NCBI GenBank assembly: GCA_038087875.1
Contig: CM075987.1
Span: forward strand, 15,314,001 to 15,378,000
Origin: Malacoraja senta
Taxonomy: Eukaryota
Length of the DNA stretch: 64,000 bases
Reading direction: 5' to 3'
Below are positions 25,900 to 38,059 of this stretch, piece after piece (the first letter of the stretch is position 1; the number at the start of each line of letters is the position of its first letter). The notes under the pieces were generated by a model. It saw nothing but the letters and a program-made list of their open reading frames with translations. It was not told the DNA's origin and did no database searches. The position numbers and the translations under genes were made by a program.

Positions 25900-26806
25900 G
25901 TGAGTGTTAGTGAGCGGAGAAGCCGCAGAGATGGGGATGGTCCTTCATCATGTGTGTTAAAAGCACAATGGAGTTCTGAACTCCAAAAGAGAGACGCGTA
26001 ACAACACTTGAGTTTTAAATACAAGAGGCTGGCCCAATATGCCAAATTGGTCAGTATGAACAAGGTGGGGCCGAAGGGCCTGTTTCCATGCTGTACAGCT
26101 CTATGCCTCCTGCATTGAACTGTGTACTATTCATACCGAAGCAGAACTTAACTGGAGAGTTAAAGCTTGCTTTGCCTGAGGTAGTGGACACCCACGTTTA
26201 CTTTGAAAGGTGATGGGGAGTCGGGAATGTCCATCACATTCCACATTGTTCTTACAATAGATATCCGAGTGTTTGCTCCCAACTACCACCGACACCCTCC
26301 CCCATCCCCACTCCCACCAACTTTCCACTGCGGCCCATAAATCCCATGTGCATTTGACCCTAGCTTGTAATTGCTTGGCCTACCTGACCCCAATGCCAAT
26401 TTGATTTCATCCCCCAAGCCTCACTGATACCCCGTAAATGCTTCTAAATACCTCGGTCTTTGTTTGCACCCATTAATCCTCCTGAACCATTCTGCCCCCA
26501 ATGCTAAATTGAACAGAAGAGATTTGCCAGGAATTTATCTGGGATTGTGGGCTGACGTTATAGGGAGAGGTTGGATAGACCTCTCCAACCTCTCTGGAGT
26601 TGTTTCTTGTTTCTTTGGAATGTAGGAGGCTGAGGGATGACCTTGTTGAGATCTATAAATTCACGAGGGGCATGGTAAAGTCGCAGTCTATTTCCAAGGG
26701 TAGTGCATTCAAAAACTAGAGGAGATGGGATAGAGGTGAGAGGGGAGAAATGTCCATGCTGTCAGATTCTGTCTCTAACCCTTGCCGACCTCCTCCTTTG
26801 CTGCAG

Positions 26807-27088
26807 CCACACCAATGATCAAGAATGGCGATGGGCAGCAGACACAGGTCTCTGTTATCAGAGGAGCGGCAGTCACGTTGAAATGTGATGCACACGGCGT
26901 TCCTCAACCAACACTGACGTGGGTGAAAGACAGCCGGCCCCTGGTGACCAGGCAGGATATCCGGGTGGGGAACGAGGGGCAGCTCCTGCACATTCAGAAC
27001 GCTCAGGAGCAGCACACGGGCCGCTACACCTGTCTGGCCGTCAACGCAGCTGGACGGGCACAGCGGACATTTGCTCTGAGTGTTCTTG
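26807..27088 (+). CDS. HMCN2: Hemicentin exon, whole Ig domain (ATPMIKNG...FALSVL), phase 1-1
   Basis: ctgcag|CC; CTT G|gtaaga; 282 nt. Confidence 0.95.
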
Positions 27089-28327
27089 GTAAGAGCTCAA
27101 CTCCCTACTGCTTGAGATGATGCCTTTGTGTCTATCTTCGGTTTATACCAGCATCTGCAGTTCCTTCCTACACACAGCTTGTAAACTTGTACTTCAGTCT
27201 GACTGTGCCTAGGTACAGCAAGATGTTTACAATAAATTAACAACCAGCACACTAAGTACCAATAATAGTACAAACCAACGTCCATAGTGCATCTAGAGAC
27301 ACTGTTGCTGAGGTTAGTTTGTGAGAAGGTGCTGCTCTTGAACCTAGTGGTCATAGGCTGCAGGTCACACCCTACACCCCACCTCCCAATCCTTGGGTGA
27401 CGAGCTGTTGGAAATAAACGCCCCGTTGAACATGACTTTAATCTGTATATTTTAAGTGGGTGAAATAAGGGTGAGGAGGAATGTAATCTGAACACTTGTC
27501 CAATAATGTTGCAGTCATTTATTTATTGGAAAGGCAGAATGCTGAGTGGTTGGTTCAAACCCAAGTCTTTCTGACCACGTGGTGCAAGAAGCTGCAGATG
27601 CTGGAATCCTGAGCAAAACACAAAGTGCTGAAGGAACTCAGCAGGTCAGGCGGCATCTGTGGGGGGGGGAATGGACAGACGACGATTCAGGTCAGGATCA
27701 GTCTGGAGAAGTGTCCAATCTGATACGTCGTCTGTCCATTCCCCCCCCCCCCACAGATGCTGCCTGACCTGAGTTACTCCAGTGTTTTGTGTTTTACTTT
27801 ATAACTATGTGTCTGCTGCTCAGTTTAGTCTGCGATTCATTACATCTTGGAATGGTTTCTCTAAGGACTGCCATGGCTCATTTTATGTCTGCATTTGAAG
27901 ATCATCCTTCTCTCCTGCATTTTGCTTTGGGCTGAGAAGGTTTTGATTGAATTGATTGAAGGATACAACATGGTCCTTTGGCCCACCGAGTGCAGACCGA
28001 CTATCGATCACCCAGTCACGCTAGTTCTGTTACCCCACTTTCTCATCCACTACCTACACACTCGGAACAATTTATCTCGAACACAGATCTCAACGTCTTT
28101 GGGATGTGGGTGGAAACCGGAGCACCCGCAGGAAACACACATGGTTACAGGGGTCCATTTTTTAAATTTTATTTACAAGTGTGTGAATTGCCCGCAGGAG
28201 AGTGGAGGAGACGTGACACAATGCGGTGGTTTTTGTTCACGATCGACATTCCTTCAGGTAGCCAAAATGTAGCAACACAGGAGTACAGATGCTGGTTTTG
28301 TGTCGGAGTTGAATCAAATGCCCCGAC

Positions 28328-28445
28328 CTTCTTCTTCTACTTGCGTTTGAAGCAGCAGAGTTTATGTAACGACTTCCAGGCGCTGTAGCCAGTCCAATGT
28401 GCTGTTGTCGAGGGCCGTGAGGTCTACCCCTCCACCGGGAAGAAA
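28328..28445 (-). mobile_element. RTE/RTEX-like LINE 3' tip
   Basis: (AGA)n tail; C-terminus PGGGVDLTALDNSTLDWLQRLEVVT*. Confidence 0.5.
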
Positions 28446-28716
28446 CACAGAACTACAGATGCTGGTTTTGGGTCGGAGTCTAAAGAAGCATCCCGACCTG
28501 TAAAGGCGCCCACTCCAGGTGCTCCGGTTTCCTCCCACACTCCCACAGCATTCGGGTTTGTAGGTTAATTGTAAATTGTCCCTAGGGTGTGGGATAATGC
28601 GAGTGTACGGGGTGATTGCTGGTTGGAGCAGACTCGGTGGCCTGAGGGGCCATTTTTCCACGTTGTTTCTCTAAAGACTGAACTGTGTGTACATGTGTGT
28701 GTGTGTGTGTGGTCAG

Positions 28717-28884
28717 TCCCTCCAGCTATCCTTGGGGAGATGGGATCTGCAGAGAACACCAGCACCCTCCTCAGCAATCCTCTCACTCTGCTCTGCGAGG
28801 CCACAGGGACCCCACCGCCTACCTTCACCTGGTTCAGAAACGGATCACCCATTGTCCCCAGCGGTAATGTGCAGGTGCTCTCAG
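28717..28884 (+). CDS. HMCN2: Hemicentin exon (VPPAILGE...WFRNGSPIVPSGNVQVLS), phase 1-1
   Basis: (tg)n-ggtcag|TC; TCA G|gtagga. Confidence 0.92.
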
Positions 28885-29340
28885 GTAGGAACTGAACCAA
28901 CCTTGTACTACCTTCAGAGATACCGAAAATAAATATTTACCATGCTGTGAATGCTACATGGATTTCCCCTGTGACTGAAGGTGATGGTGTTCGTCACCCA
29001 ATCACTCAGAGGGCAGTCAGTACATGGACACCACATGGTAAGTCCCTGAACTTTGACCGTGACTCCTGAGTTACAAATAGCTTCCAGTTCAGTATGATCC
29101 TCTGGCTAGCATTGTGGACTGTAGCGAATGCTCAAAGACACTTGTATGTACACACACATCGAAACAATATGATCCTAAACAGTGCTTTTTTGTAAAGATA
29201 TAGGTGCTGGTACATGTTAACACACGGTGTTCTCAACGTGTATCATATAGTTATCACTTTCTAGTGGTGCTGCTACACTGTACTGAAGCTTATCAACGCT
29301 AAAATAGCATTGATCTTATGTTGAATCATGCAACTGCTGA

Positions 29341-29692
29341 TGCGGCAGCTTCGGCAGCTTCGACCACTCCGGGCCGCGGAGTTTGAACCGGCCCGTCGCG
29401 GAGCACGGATTCAGCCGCGGGACTGACTTACCATCACCCGGCGGGGCCACAACATCAGAAGCCTGGATCGCCTCAGCGCAGAGGAAGAACAAAGCGGGAA
29501 GAGACAGAGACTTTAAGTCTTTTGCCTCCATCACAGTGAGGAGGTGCCTGGTGAACTCACTGTGGTGGATGTTAATTTGTGTTTATTGTGTGTTTTGTTA
29601 TTTATTATTATATGTATGACTGCAGGCAACGAAATTTCGTTCAGACCGAAAGGTCTGAATGACAAATAAAGGAATCTCTAATCTCTAATCTC
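29341..29692 (+). mobile_element. 5'-truncated copy of the same GC-rich SINE-like element, (TCTAATC)n tail
   Basis: Reverse complement of about 3540-3870. Confidence 0.75.
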
Positions 29693-31004
29693 AAAGGAAG
29701 ACACAAAGTGTTGGAGTAACTCAGTGGGTCAGGAAGCATCTCTGGAGAATATGCACAGGTGACGTTTCAGTTCGGGACCCTTTCTGAACTAGTCGGTTGG
29801 GGATAGTTCAGGAATGGTCCTGACCTGAAACGTCACCTACCAATGTTTGCCGGAGATGCTACCTGATCCGCTGAGTTACTCCAGCACTTTGTGTCTTTTC
29901 GATCCGGTGTATATATGCACTTGCAGGCACAGACTTACATATACATAAGAGCAAGCACACCCATGTCCATGCATAAATGCCCACAACCACGCACACACGT
30001 ATGCAGGGACATGCAAATGGTTTTGCTAGTTGATGTTGAAAAGCCTCTTGCTGCTTAACATCGATGGGTTAATGGTTGCATTCAATTTACTCCACAGCCT
30101 AGAGCCAACACCTGGCGTTACCTGACATTGGGATAAATCTGCCTCTCTCACATCAGCTAAACCCATCGTTTGACTTTTTGTCTCCATTGCGCTATTAGTA
30201 AGGAGAAATAAATCACCCTTTTGATGTTTGACAAATAGTTGGAATTGCAAGAATCTGAAAAGCAAGGTGTGGTTGGAGATGACTTCAAGGCTGCAGCCCG
30301 AGCAGTCTTGCCCTGTAATTAACTGTTAGTGAGCCTCCGCAGGAGTGAGTGCAGAACTGTGCAAACTTCCCCCTGAATGAGCTGTACAGCACGGAAACTG
30401 GCCCACCAAGTTGCCATAATAGGCTTGTCCCATTTACCTGCATTTGGCCCTTATCCCTTTAAACCTTTTCTATCCATATATCTGTCCAAATGTCTTTATA
30501 AAGTTGTAATTGTAATTGACAGCTACCTCTGGCAGCTCATTTCAGATACAGACTACCATCTGAGGGGAAATGTTGCCCCTGAGGTTCCTCTGAAATCTTT
30601 CCCCTCTCATTTTCATATGTTCTAGGAGCAGAATTGGGCCATTTGGCCCATCAAGCCTACTACACCATTCAATTATGGCTAATCTATCTTTCCCTCTCAA
30701 TCCCATTCTTCTACCTTCTCCCATAACCACTGACACCATTACTAATCAAGAATCTGTTAATTTCTGCATTAGATTCACCACCCTCCAACAAATAAAATTC
30801 CTCCTCATCTCCTTTTTAAAGGTACGTCCTTTTATTCTGAGGCTATGGCCTCTGGTCCTGGACTCTCCCACTAGAGGAAGCATCCTCTCACCTTCCCACT
30901 AAGTTCTTACCTTAAACTTGTGCCCCCCAGTTTTAGAATCCTCTACCCTGGTAAGAAGACTGTGCAAACTAACTTTGTTTGTGCCCCTCATATTCTTATA
31001 CACC

Positions 31005-31478
31005 AGACTGACTCCTGGGATGGCAGGACTTTCATATAAAGAAAGACTGGATAGACTCGGCTTGTACTCGCTAGAATTTAGAAGATTGAGGGGGGATCTT
31101 ATAGAAACTTACAAAATTCTTAAGGGGTTGGACAGGCTAGATGCAGGAAGATTGTTCCCGATGTTGGGGAAGTCCAGAACAAGGGGTCACAGTTTAAGGA
31201 TAAGGGGGAAGTCTTTTAGGACCGAGATAAGAAAATCATTTTTCACACAGAGAGTGGTGAATCTGTGGAATTCTCTGCCACAGAAGGTAGTTGAGGCCAG
31301 TTCATTGGCTATATTTAAGAGGGAGTTAGATGTGGCCCTTGTGGCTAAAGGGATCAGGGGGTATGGAGAGAAGGCAGGTACAGGATACTGAGTTGGATGA
31401 TCAGCCATGATCATATTGAATGGCGGTGCAGGCTCGAAGGGCCGAATGGCCTACTCCTGCACCTATTTTCTATGTTTC
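31005..31478 (+). mobile_element. Young CR1 3' fragment nested in an older antisense CR1
   Basis: Uninterrupted GLYSLEFRRLRGDLIETYK...LWNSLP; TATACACC duplication (30997, 31479). Confidence 0.92.
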
Positions 31479-31561
31479 TATACACCTCAATAAGGTCACC
31501 ACTATGCTTCCTAGGCTCCACAGGAAAAAGCCCCTGCTTTTACCAATCTCTCCCTTTTTTG

Positions 31562-32030
31562 AGGGAGTGTAGTGTAGGTTCACCAGGTTAATTCCTGGGA
31601 TGGCAGGACTGACATATGAAAGAATGGGTCCACTGGGCTTATATTTGCTGGAATTAGAAGGATATGAGGGGATCTTATAGAAACCTATAAAATTCTTAAG
31701 GGATTGGACAGGCTAGATGCAGGAAAAATGTTCCCAATGTTGGGGTCGTGAACCAGGGGTCACAATTTAAGAATAAAGGGTAGGCCATTTAGGACTGAGA
31801 TGAGGAAAAACCTCTTCACCCAGAGAGTTGTGAATCTGTGGAATCCTCTACCACTGGAGACAGTGGAGGCCAATTCACTGGATGTTTTCAAGAGAGAGTT
31901 AGATTTAGCTCAGGGGATATGGGGAAAAAGCAGGAACGGGGTACTGATTTTAGATGATCAGCCATGATCATATTGAATGGTTTGAAGGGCCGAATCGCCT
32001 ACTCCTGCACCTATTTTCTCTGTTTCTATG
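31562..32030 (+). mobile_element. CR1 3' fragment
   Basis: Same ORF2 C-terminus, frameshifted, with tail. Confidence 0.88.
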
Positions 32031-32234
32031 TTAACTCAAGCCCAGGTAGTATCCTGGTGAATCACTTCTGCACTCTTTCCAACTTAATGTGCTTTCCGTT
32101 GTCTTGTGGGAACGTTGTGAAGTAGGGATTAGAAACTCACTTCTGTGGCTTTATGGTACTTAAATAAACAGCAGTGTGGCCAGCTGACAATTGGGGCACT
32201 ATGCTTCAGTCTGGATCTTGAGGAGAAACCTTTA

Positions 32235-32398
32235 TGGGCCTGTCCCACTTAAGCGGCTGCCAGGGACTAGTTTTAATTGAATTCACCCACAACACCTGGT
32301 GACAACCTACGACAGCAAAAATTGTCGCCACTGTCGCCGAACAGTTTTCAACATTTTGAAAATTTTGCCCAATCAATCGCCCAAGTGGGACAGGCCCA
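32235..32398. mobile_element. Harbinger-type MITE (164 bp)
   Basis: TIR tgggcctgtcccactt / aagtgggacaggccca; flanks TTA and TAA (imperfect duplication). Confidence 0.75.
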
Positions 32399-33319
32399 TA
32401 AAAACCGAATCTGGGATTAGACTCCCAACACATTCATGCTCTGCTACACTGGTAATTAATTGTTTTATTGTCAAATTATATTGTTGGAGGCACTGTGGTG
32501 AAGCTGGTAGAGCTGCCGTCTCACAGCACCAGGGACCTGGGATCAATCCTGATCTCAGGTGTTGTTGGTGTGGAGTTTGCACATTCTCCCTGTGACCATG
32601 TGGGTTCCTTCCCAGTGCGCCGGTTTCCTCCCACATCCCAAAGGTGTGTAGGTTTGTTGGTTAATTGGCCTCTAAGGATGGTGTGTCGGTGGTAGATGAG
32701 AAAGTGGGATGACATGGAGCTAATGAGAAACGGTGATTGATGGTCAGTGTGGACTCACTGGGCCAAAGGGCCTGATTCCTTGCTGTATCTTTCAATCAAT
32801 CTCCATGTTTAGTTTAGTTTAGAGCGTGGAAACAGGCCCTTCGGTCTGCACCGACCAACGATCGCCCATTCACTAGTTCTGTCCCACCCACCAGGGACAA
32901 TTTACAGAGGCCATTTGATCTACAAACCTGCTTGTCTTTGGAAAGCGCGAGGAAACCAGAGCACCCGGAGAAAATCCACATGGTCACAGGGGGAACGTAC
33001 AAACTCCATACAGACAGCACCTGTAGTCAGGATTGAAGCTGGGTCTCTGCCGCCGTAAGGCAGCAACTCTACCGCTGAGCCACCGTTCTGCCCAAAAGAC
33101 ACAAAAGATATACAGTAGGTGTTACTTTTGGGCAGAGGTTGTGTCCTTCCGGCAATGCTACCGTTAAAATGTACAGGCGTTACTCATGTAAGTTTCCACA
33201 GTACCTTTCTCCCCCTCTGGCTCCTGTTATTTGCACCACTCATTCAAGTTTACACAAAAGGATGTGAGTTATAGATTTACTGCTTGAACTATTTCTGACC
33301 CTTCCTTCGTCTTTCCAAG

Positions 33320-33433
33320 GTGGCCGGACCCTCAGACTGAGCCGGGTACTTGCGGGGGATACTGGACGTTACGTCTGTGTGGTCAACAACACTGCGGGGG
33401 AAGCCAGGAAGGATTTTCACCTCGATGTATTGA
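33320..33433 (+). CDS. HMCN2: Hemicentin exon (GGRTLRLS...DTGRYVC...HLDVL), phase 1-1
   Basis: ttccaag|GT; TTG A|gtaagg. Confidence 0.93.
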
Positions 33434-34065
33434 GTAAGGACAACAAAATGTGGAGGATTGTATTCAACATTTCTCTAAGATAGACACAAAATGCTGGAGT
33501 AACTCGGCGGGACAGGCAGCATCTCTGGAGAGAAGGAGATGGGTGGCGTTTCGGGTCGAGACCCTTCTTCAGACTCATTTCTCTAGGCCAGTTTTGTGTA
33601 ATCTGGTCTCCAACTGGAGGCGTGGATTCGAATCCCACCTGACACCATGTTGTGTTTCGGCTGTTGTAAATAACTGAAGCCTCACACCAAGATAAAGGTC
33701 CAAATACTTTATTAACTACATAGCAAATATGACTTCACACTTGCACGTTTCCCTACTTCCAGGGAACCAGGCAAGGTGGGCTATTGTAAAACTAATGGGC
33801 GTAACTACAAAAGCATAACTCATAACACGAGTGACACTGATCTACAGCCAGAGACCTCTTTGTATTATCTGTAAACACTAAAATCTGTCGTAGTTCTGCA
33901 AACAGAAACAAAATTAGCACAATTCTGGAAATCCAAACTAAAAGCAAATAATACTGGGAATATACGACAAATCAGGCAGAGTCTGTGGGGAGGGAAACAG
34001 CTGGTGGTTAACGTTGATGATCTGCCATCAGAACGTCTGTCAGATTATTTGACTCTGGAGTCCAA

Positions 34066-34109
34066 CATGAAACGGCACACAGTGCAGCATGAAACGGCAC
34101 ACAGTGCAG
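34066..34109. repeat. Perfect 22-bp tandem duplication
   Basis: catgaaacggcacacagtgcag x2. Confidence 0.9.
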
Positions 34110-34759
34110 CTTGAATGTTGATGGCCTTTTCTGTACAGCAGGTGAAAGTTAGCGCTGTAAGAGGTTTTGAGCAGCAGAACGGGCAAGGAGGAAAGAATGA
34201 AGAAAACAAAAGTGAAAGTTTGCGGGAGAGGCGAAAGTAGGAGAGATGAAATGCTGCAAGGGTTGAGGATGCAAGACTAAGTTGAAATGTGCGTTGGGAT
34301 TCAGCACTAATGTAATGGATGCACACAAATAGAATCTGGTGTGCTTTCCTTTTGAAACCATTATTTTTACCCAATAGCATTCTTTCCTTTCTGAATGTGA
34401 CCTGGTTGACTCAAATCAACATTAGATAAGTGGCTAGTCTGTGTGATTACATTTAGACATTGAGTGTCAGTAGCCTCCTCAACAAGGACACAATTGCATG
34501 ATTTTCTAATGATAATGACAGGAAATAGTTTGATGGATGTTTTGATGTCTGATCTCCACCCACCGCTCCCACACATCCCACCCCTTTCTTTATCCCCTGT
34601 TGGCCTCTGTACAAATGCCCCTAGTGATAGGTGGTCAGTGTGGACTCGGTGGGCCGAAGGGCCGGTTTCCATGCTGTATCTCTAAACTAAACTATACACG
34701 GACACCATTGAAAGTGGTACCCAGGTAGATGGACGGAGTTACGGGTCAGATCAGATTTA

Positions 34760-35251
34760 GCCACAGGTGAAGTCCCAGAAGAGTGAAGAGTAGCTAATGT
34801 TGTTCCTCTGCTTTAGAAGGGAAGTAGAGAGAGTCGAGGGAATTATAGGCCGGTGAGCCTCACATCAGCAGGAGGGATGTTATTGGATGTTATTGGAGAG
34901 GATTCTTAGGGGTGGGCTTTACTCCCATTTGGAAAAGGATGGGTTAATAAGGGACAGTCAGCGTTGCTTTGTACACGGTTGATCATGTCTTACTAACTGG
35001 ATCAAGTATTTTGAGGAGGTGATGAAGGTGATCGATGAGAGTAGGGCATGGATGTTGTCTACATGGTAGGCTGATCCAGGAGATAAAAAATAATGGCAGA
35101 TACAATAGTGGTATTTAAGAGATTTTGAGATATGCACATGGATGTGCAAGGAATGGAGAGATATGGATCATGTGCCTGCAGATAATGTTGGATTTAGTGT
35201 CATGTTTTGACACAGACATTGTGGGCCGAAGTGCCTGTTCCTGTGTGGTAC
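34760..35251 (+). mobile_element. Decayed CR1 fragment
   Basis: W.VANVVPL..KG.R...GNYRPVSLTS motif, then 3' tail. Confidence 0.75.
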
Positions 35252-35537
35252 TTCTACCGTCCCGAATGGTTATCTTACGCACATGCGTGCCAGCATCTTA
35301 TGCGTATGCCTACCGCCATCCCTGCCGGACGGGAACATCACGGGTGCGCACGTGCGCCGTAGATTGGAAACACCGACCCGTCAGAGGACGGTGACGCGGG
35401 ACTTGCGCCGGACTCGGTTGGAAAGTCTGCGGTCATTTTACGTGAGATGCATTGATGTTTGAAGTTCGATGTTAATTAGTAAATTACTGTTAAATGACTT
35501 ACCCTGTTGTGGTTATTATTCTGGGCAATACACAACA
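35252..35537. mobile_element. Unclassified CpG-rich insertion in a CR1 tail
   Basis: Host gggccgaa..cctgttcctgtg..GTAC|tgttccatg is interrupted; GTAC(T) duplicated at 35248 and 35538. Confidence 0.55.
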
Positions 35538-35901
35538 GTACTGTTCCATGTTCTTTTAAATGGATAAACTTCTTGCCGGAAGCTGCTCAGGTTGGGTCGG
35601 ATTCCATCTGTTGAAGACCTGTCTTTGAGCCAGAGAGTCGGGCCACTCTAATGACGATGTCGATGTGCCGAAGGATCAAAGTGTGGGAATACAACTCAGC
35701 ACTTCATTTTCCCAACTGATCAAGTAGAGGGATAGGCACGGTGGAAGAGTTAGTGCAAGGTGGGGTGTTGTGTAACAGCAGTGAGCGCTTCAGAGGAGGT
35801 TGATTGAGTTGTGCCAGAGAGGATGTCCAACAGCGATGAAGGGTTGGGCTCGGCAGTGAATTGGTTATTGTGACTAATTAACATTTTCATTTTCCGCACA
35901 G

Positions 35902-35988
35902 GTCCCCCTCACATTTTAGGTGAAGACCTTGTGAGAAAGATTCATGTCAGAGAAGGGGAGACCCTGAACCTGACCTGCTTGGCCACAG
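35902..35988 (+). CDS. HMCN2: Hemicentin exon (SPPHILGED...LNLTCLAT), phase 1-1
   Basis: gcacag|GT; ACA G|gtgagt. Confidence 0.92.
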
Positions 35989-37029
35989 GTGAGTGTGACC
36001 AGGAGATACTCGGTCAGTGTAAAGACCATGTGGGCAACCGGGTGAGTCTCCAGTGGGGAAAGTGCTGGAGTGCCGGCAAGTTACTCCAGCACTTTGTTTA
36101 GAAACATAGAAACATGGAAAATAGGTTCAGGAGTAGGCCATTCGGCCCTTTGAGCCAGGACCGCCATTCAATATGATCATCCAGAATCAGTACCTTGTTC
36201 TGGCTTTTTCCCCATATCCATTGATTCCCTTAGCCCTAAGAGCTAAATCGAACTCTCTCTTGATGGAAAGAATAAATGTGTATGAAATTAGTGTAAGATT
36301 ACTGTAAATGGGTGGTTGAAGGTCATCAAGGACTCGATGGGCTGAAGGGCCTGTTTCCATGCTGTGTATCTCGATGACTCAATAACTACCAATTTTCCAT
36401 ATACCCAATGCACTAGTCTTTAGACTTTGGAGATATAATGTGGATTCAGGCCCTTTGGCCCACCGTGTCTGCGCCAACCAGGGATCAGTAACACTATCCT
36501 ACACACGAGAGATCATTTACAATTTACATAAGCCTGTTGACATACAAACCTGTCTGCCTTTGGAGAGTGGGAGGAAACCGGGCCACCCAGAGAAAATACA
36601 TGTAGTCACGGGGAGAACGTACAAATTCCGTACAGGCAGCACCTATAGTCAAGATTGAACCTGGGTCTCTGGCGCTGTGAGGCAACAACTCTACCGCTGC
36701 ACCACTGGGCGTTGTGTTTGGGGCAGTCTACGGGATGAACAAGAGGTGCTTCTCTCTGAGACATGTTCAGGCTGTGCAGCCTCTACAGAGACCAGCTGTG
36801 TGAGTTCAATCACGCTATGTCTCTGTGATAAACTCCAGCCTGAGCACTGTACTGCCTGTAACATATTCCAAACAACACGATCTCTTCCATATGTTTTTTA
36901 ACGAGTTCTGAGTGAGATTCATGCAGTAAACACATTCCAGTTAATGAGTTCAGATCTCTGTTGAGCAAGACGCTGATGTGACCTGGTAGTAGATGTGAAA
37001 GATTGATGTGGGTTATTCTTATGCTCCAG

Positions 37030-37221
37030 GCAATCCAAACCCAGGCGTCACTTGGTGGAAGGATGGTCGAGTGGTGAATGGCAGCGCAGGTTACGCCGTT
37101 TCATCGGATGGATCCACGCTGGAGATCGTCCACACCGGCTTGTCACACACGGGACAGTATACCTGCCTGGCAACCAACTCTGTGGGCCACACATCCATAA
37201 ACTACCATCTCAGTGTATTCA
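37030..37221 (+). CDS. HMCN2: Hemicentin exon (GNPNPGVTWWKDG...YHLSVF), phase 1-1
   Basis: ctccag|GC; TTC A|gtgagt. Confidence 0.94.
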
Positions 37222-37379
37222 GTGAGTAGCTTTGACAAAGTCCAGGCAGACTGTACACGCTGCCAATTCCCTACAGTCCCCTCTCCGATCTCAACCTCAA
37301 CCTTGTTCCTTTAGTCTTCTCAACCCCAACCATATCACAGGAGGGCTACCACCAAGCAAAGGTTCTGCCTTCTGCTTCA

Positions 37380-37893
37380 CCTTTCCTCTCATGCTCTCAT
37401 CCCTGTCTTTCTGTTTGCCCCATCCCCACTGCCTAATGGCCTCGCTGCCTCTCAGCTGTTGTCCCCATCTCTTTCTGTCTCTCTCTGTCTTTCTCTCACT
37501 GTCTCTCTCACTCTCTCTGATTCTCACTCTCTGTCTTCCTCACTTTCTCTCTTGCCGTCTCTCTCACTCTCTGTCTGTCTCTCATTCTCTCTCTGCCTCT
37601 CCTGTTACTCTGTCCTCAACTTCTCGCTCTCTTTTACACANNNNNNNNNNNNNNNNNNNNNNNNNNNNNNNNNNNNNNNNNNNNNNNNNNNNNNNNNNNN
37701 NNNNNNNNNNNNNNNNNNNNNNNNNNNNNNNNNNNNNNNNNNNNNNNNNNNNNNNNNNNNNNNNNNNNNNNNNNNNNNNNNNNNNNNNNNNNNNNNNNNN
37801 NTCCACCCCCTCTCTCTCTGCCCCCCTCTCTCTCCGTCCCCCCCTATCTCACTCTCTCTGCCCCCCTCTCACTGCCCCCCTCTCTCTCTCTCT
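37380..37893. repeat. Long CT-rich low-complexity tract
   Basis: Mostly pyrimidine (CT)n-like sequence on + strand, running into N gaps. Confidence 0.9.
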
Positions 37894-38059
37894 NNNNNNN
37901 NNNNNNNNNNNNNNNNNNNNNNNNNNNNNNNNNNNNNNNNNNNNNNNNNNNNNNNNNNNNNNNNNNNNNNNNNNNNNNNNNNNNNNNNNNNNNNNNNNNN
38001 NNNNNNNNNNNNNNNNNNNNNNNNNNNNNNNNNNNNNNNNNNNNNNNNNNNNNNNNNNN
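37641..38059. other. Two assembly gaps (37641-37801, 37894-38059)
   Basis: N runs. Confidence 1.
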
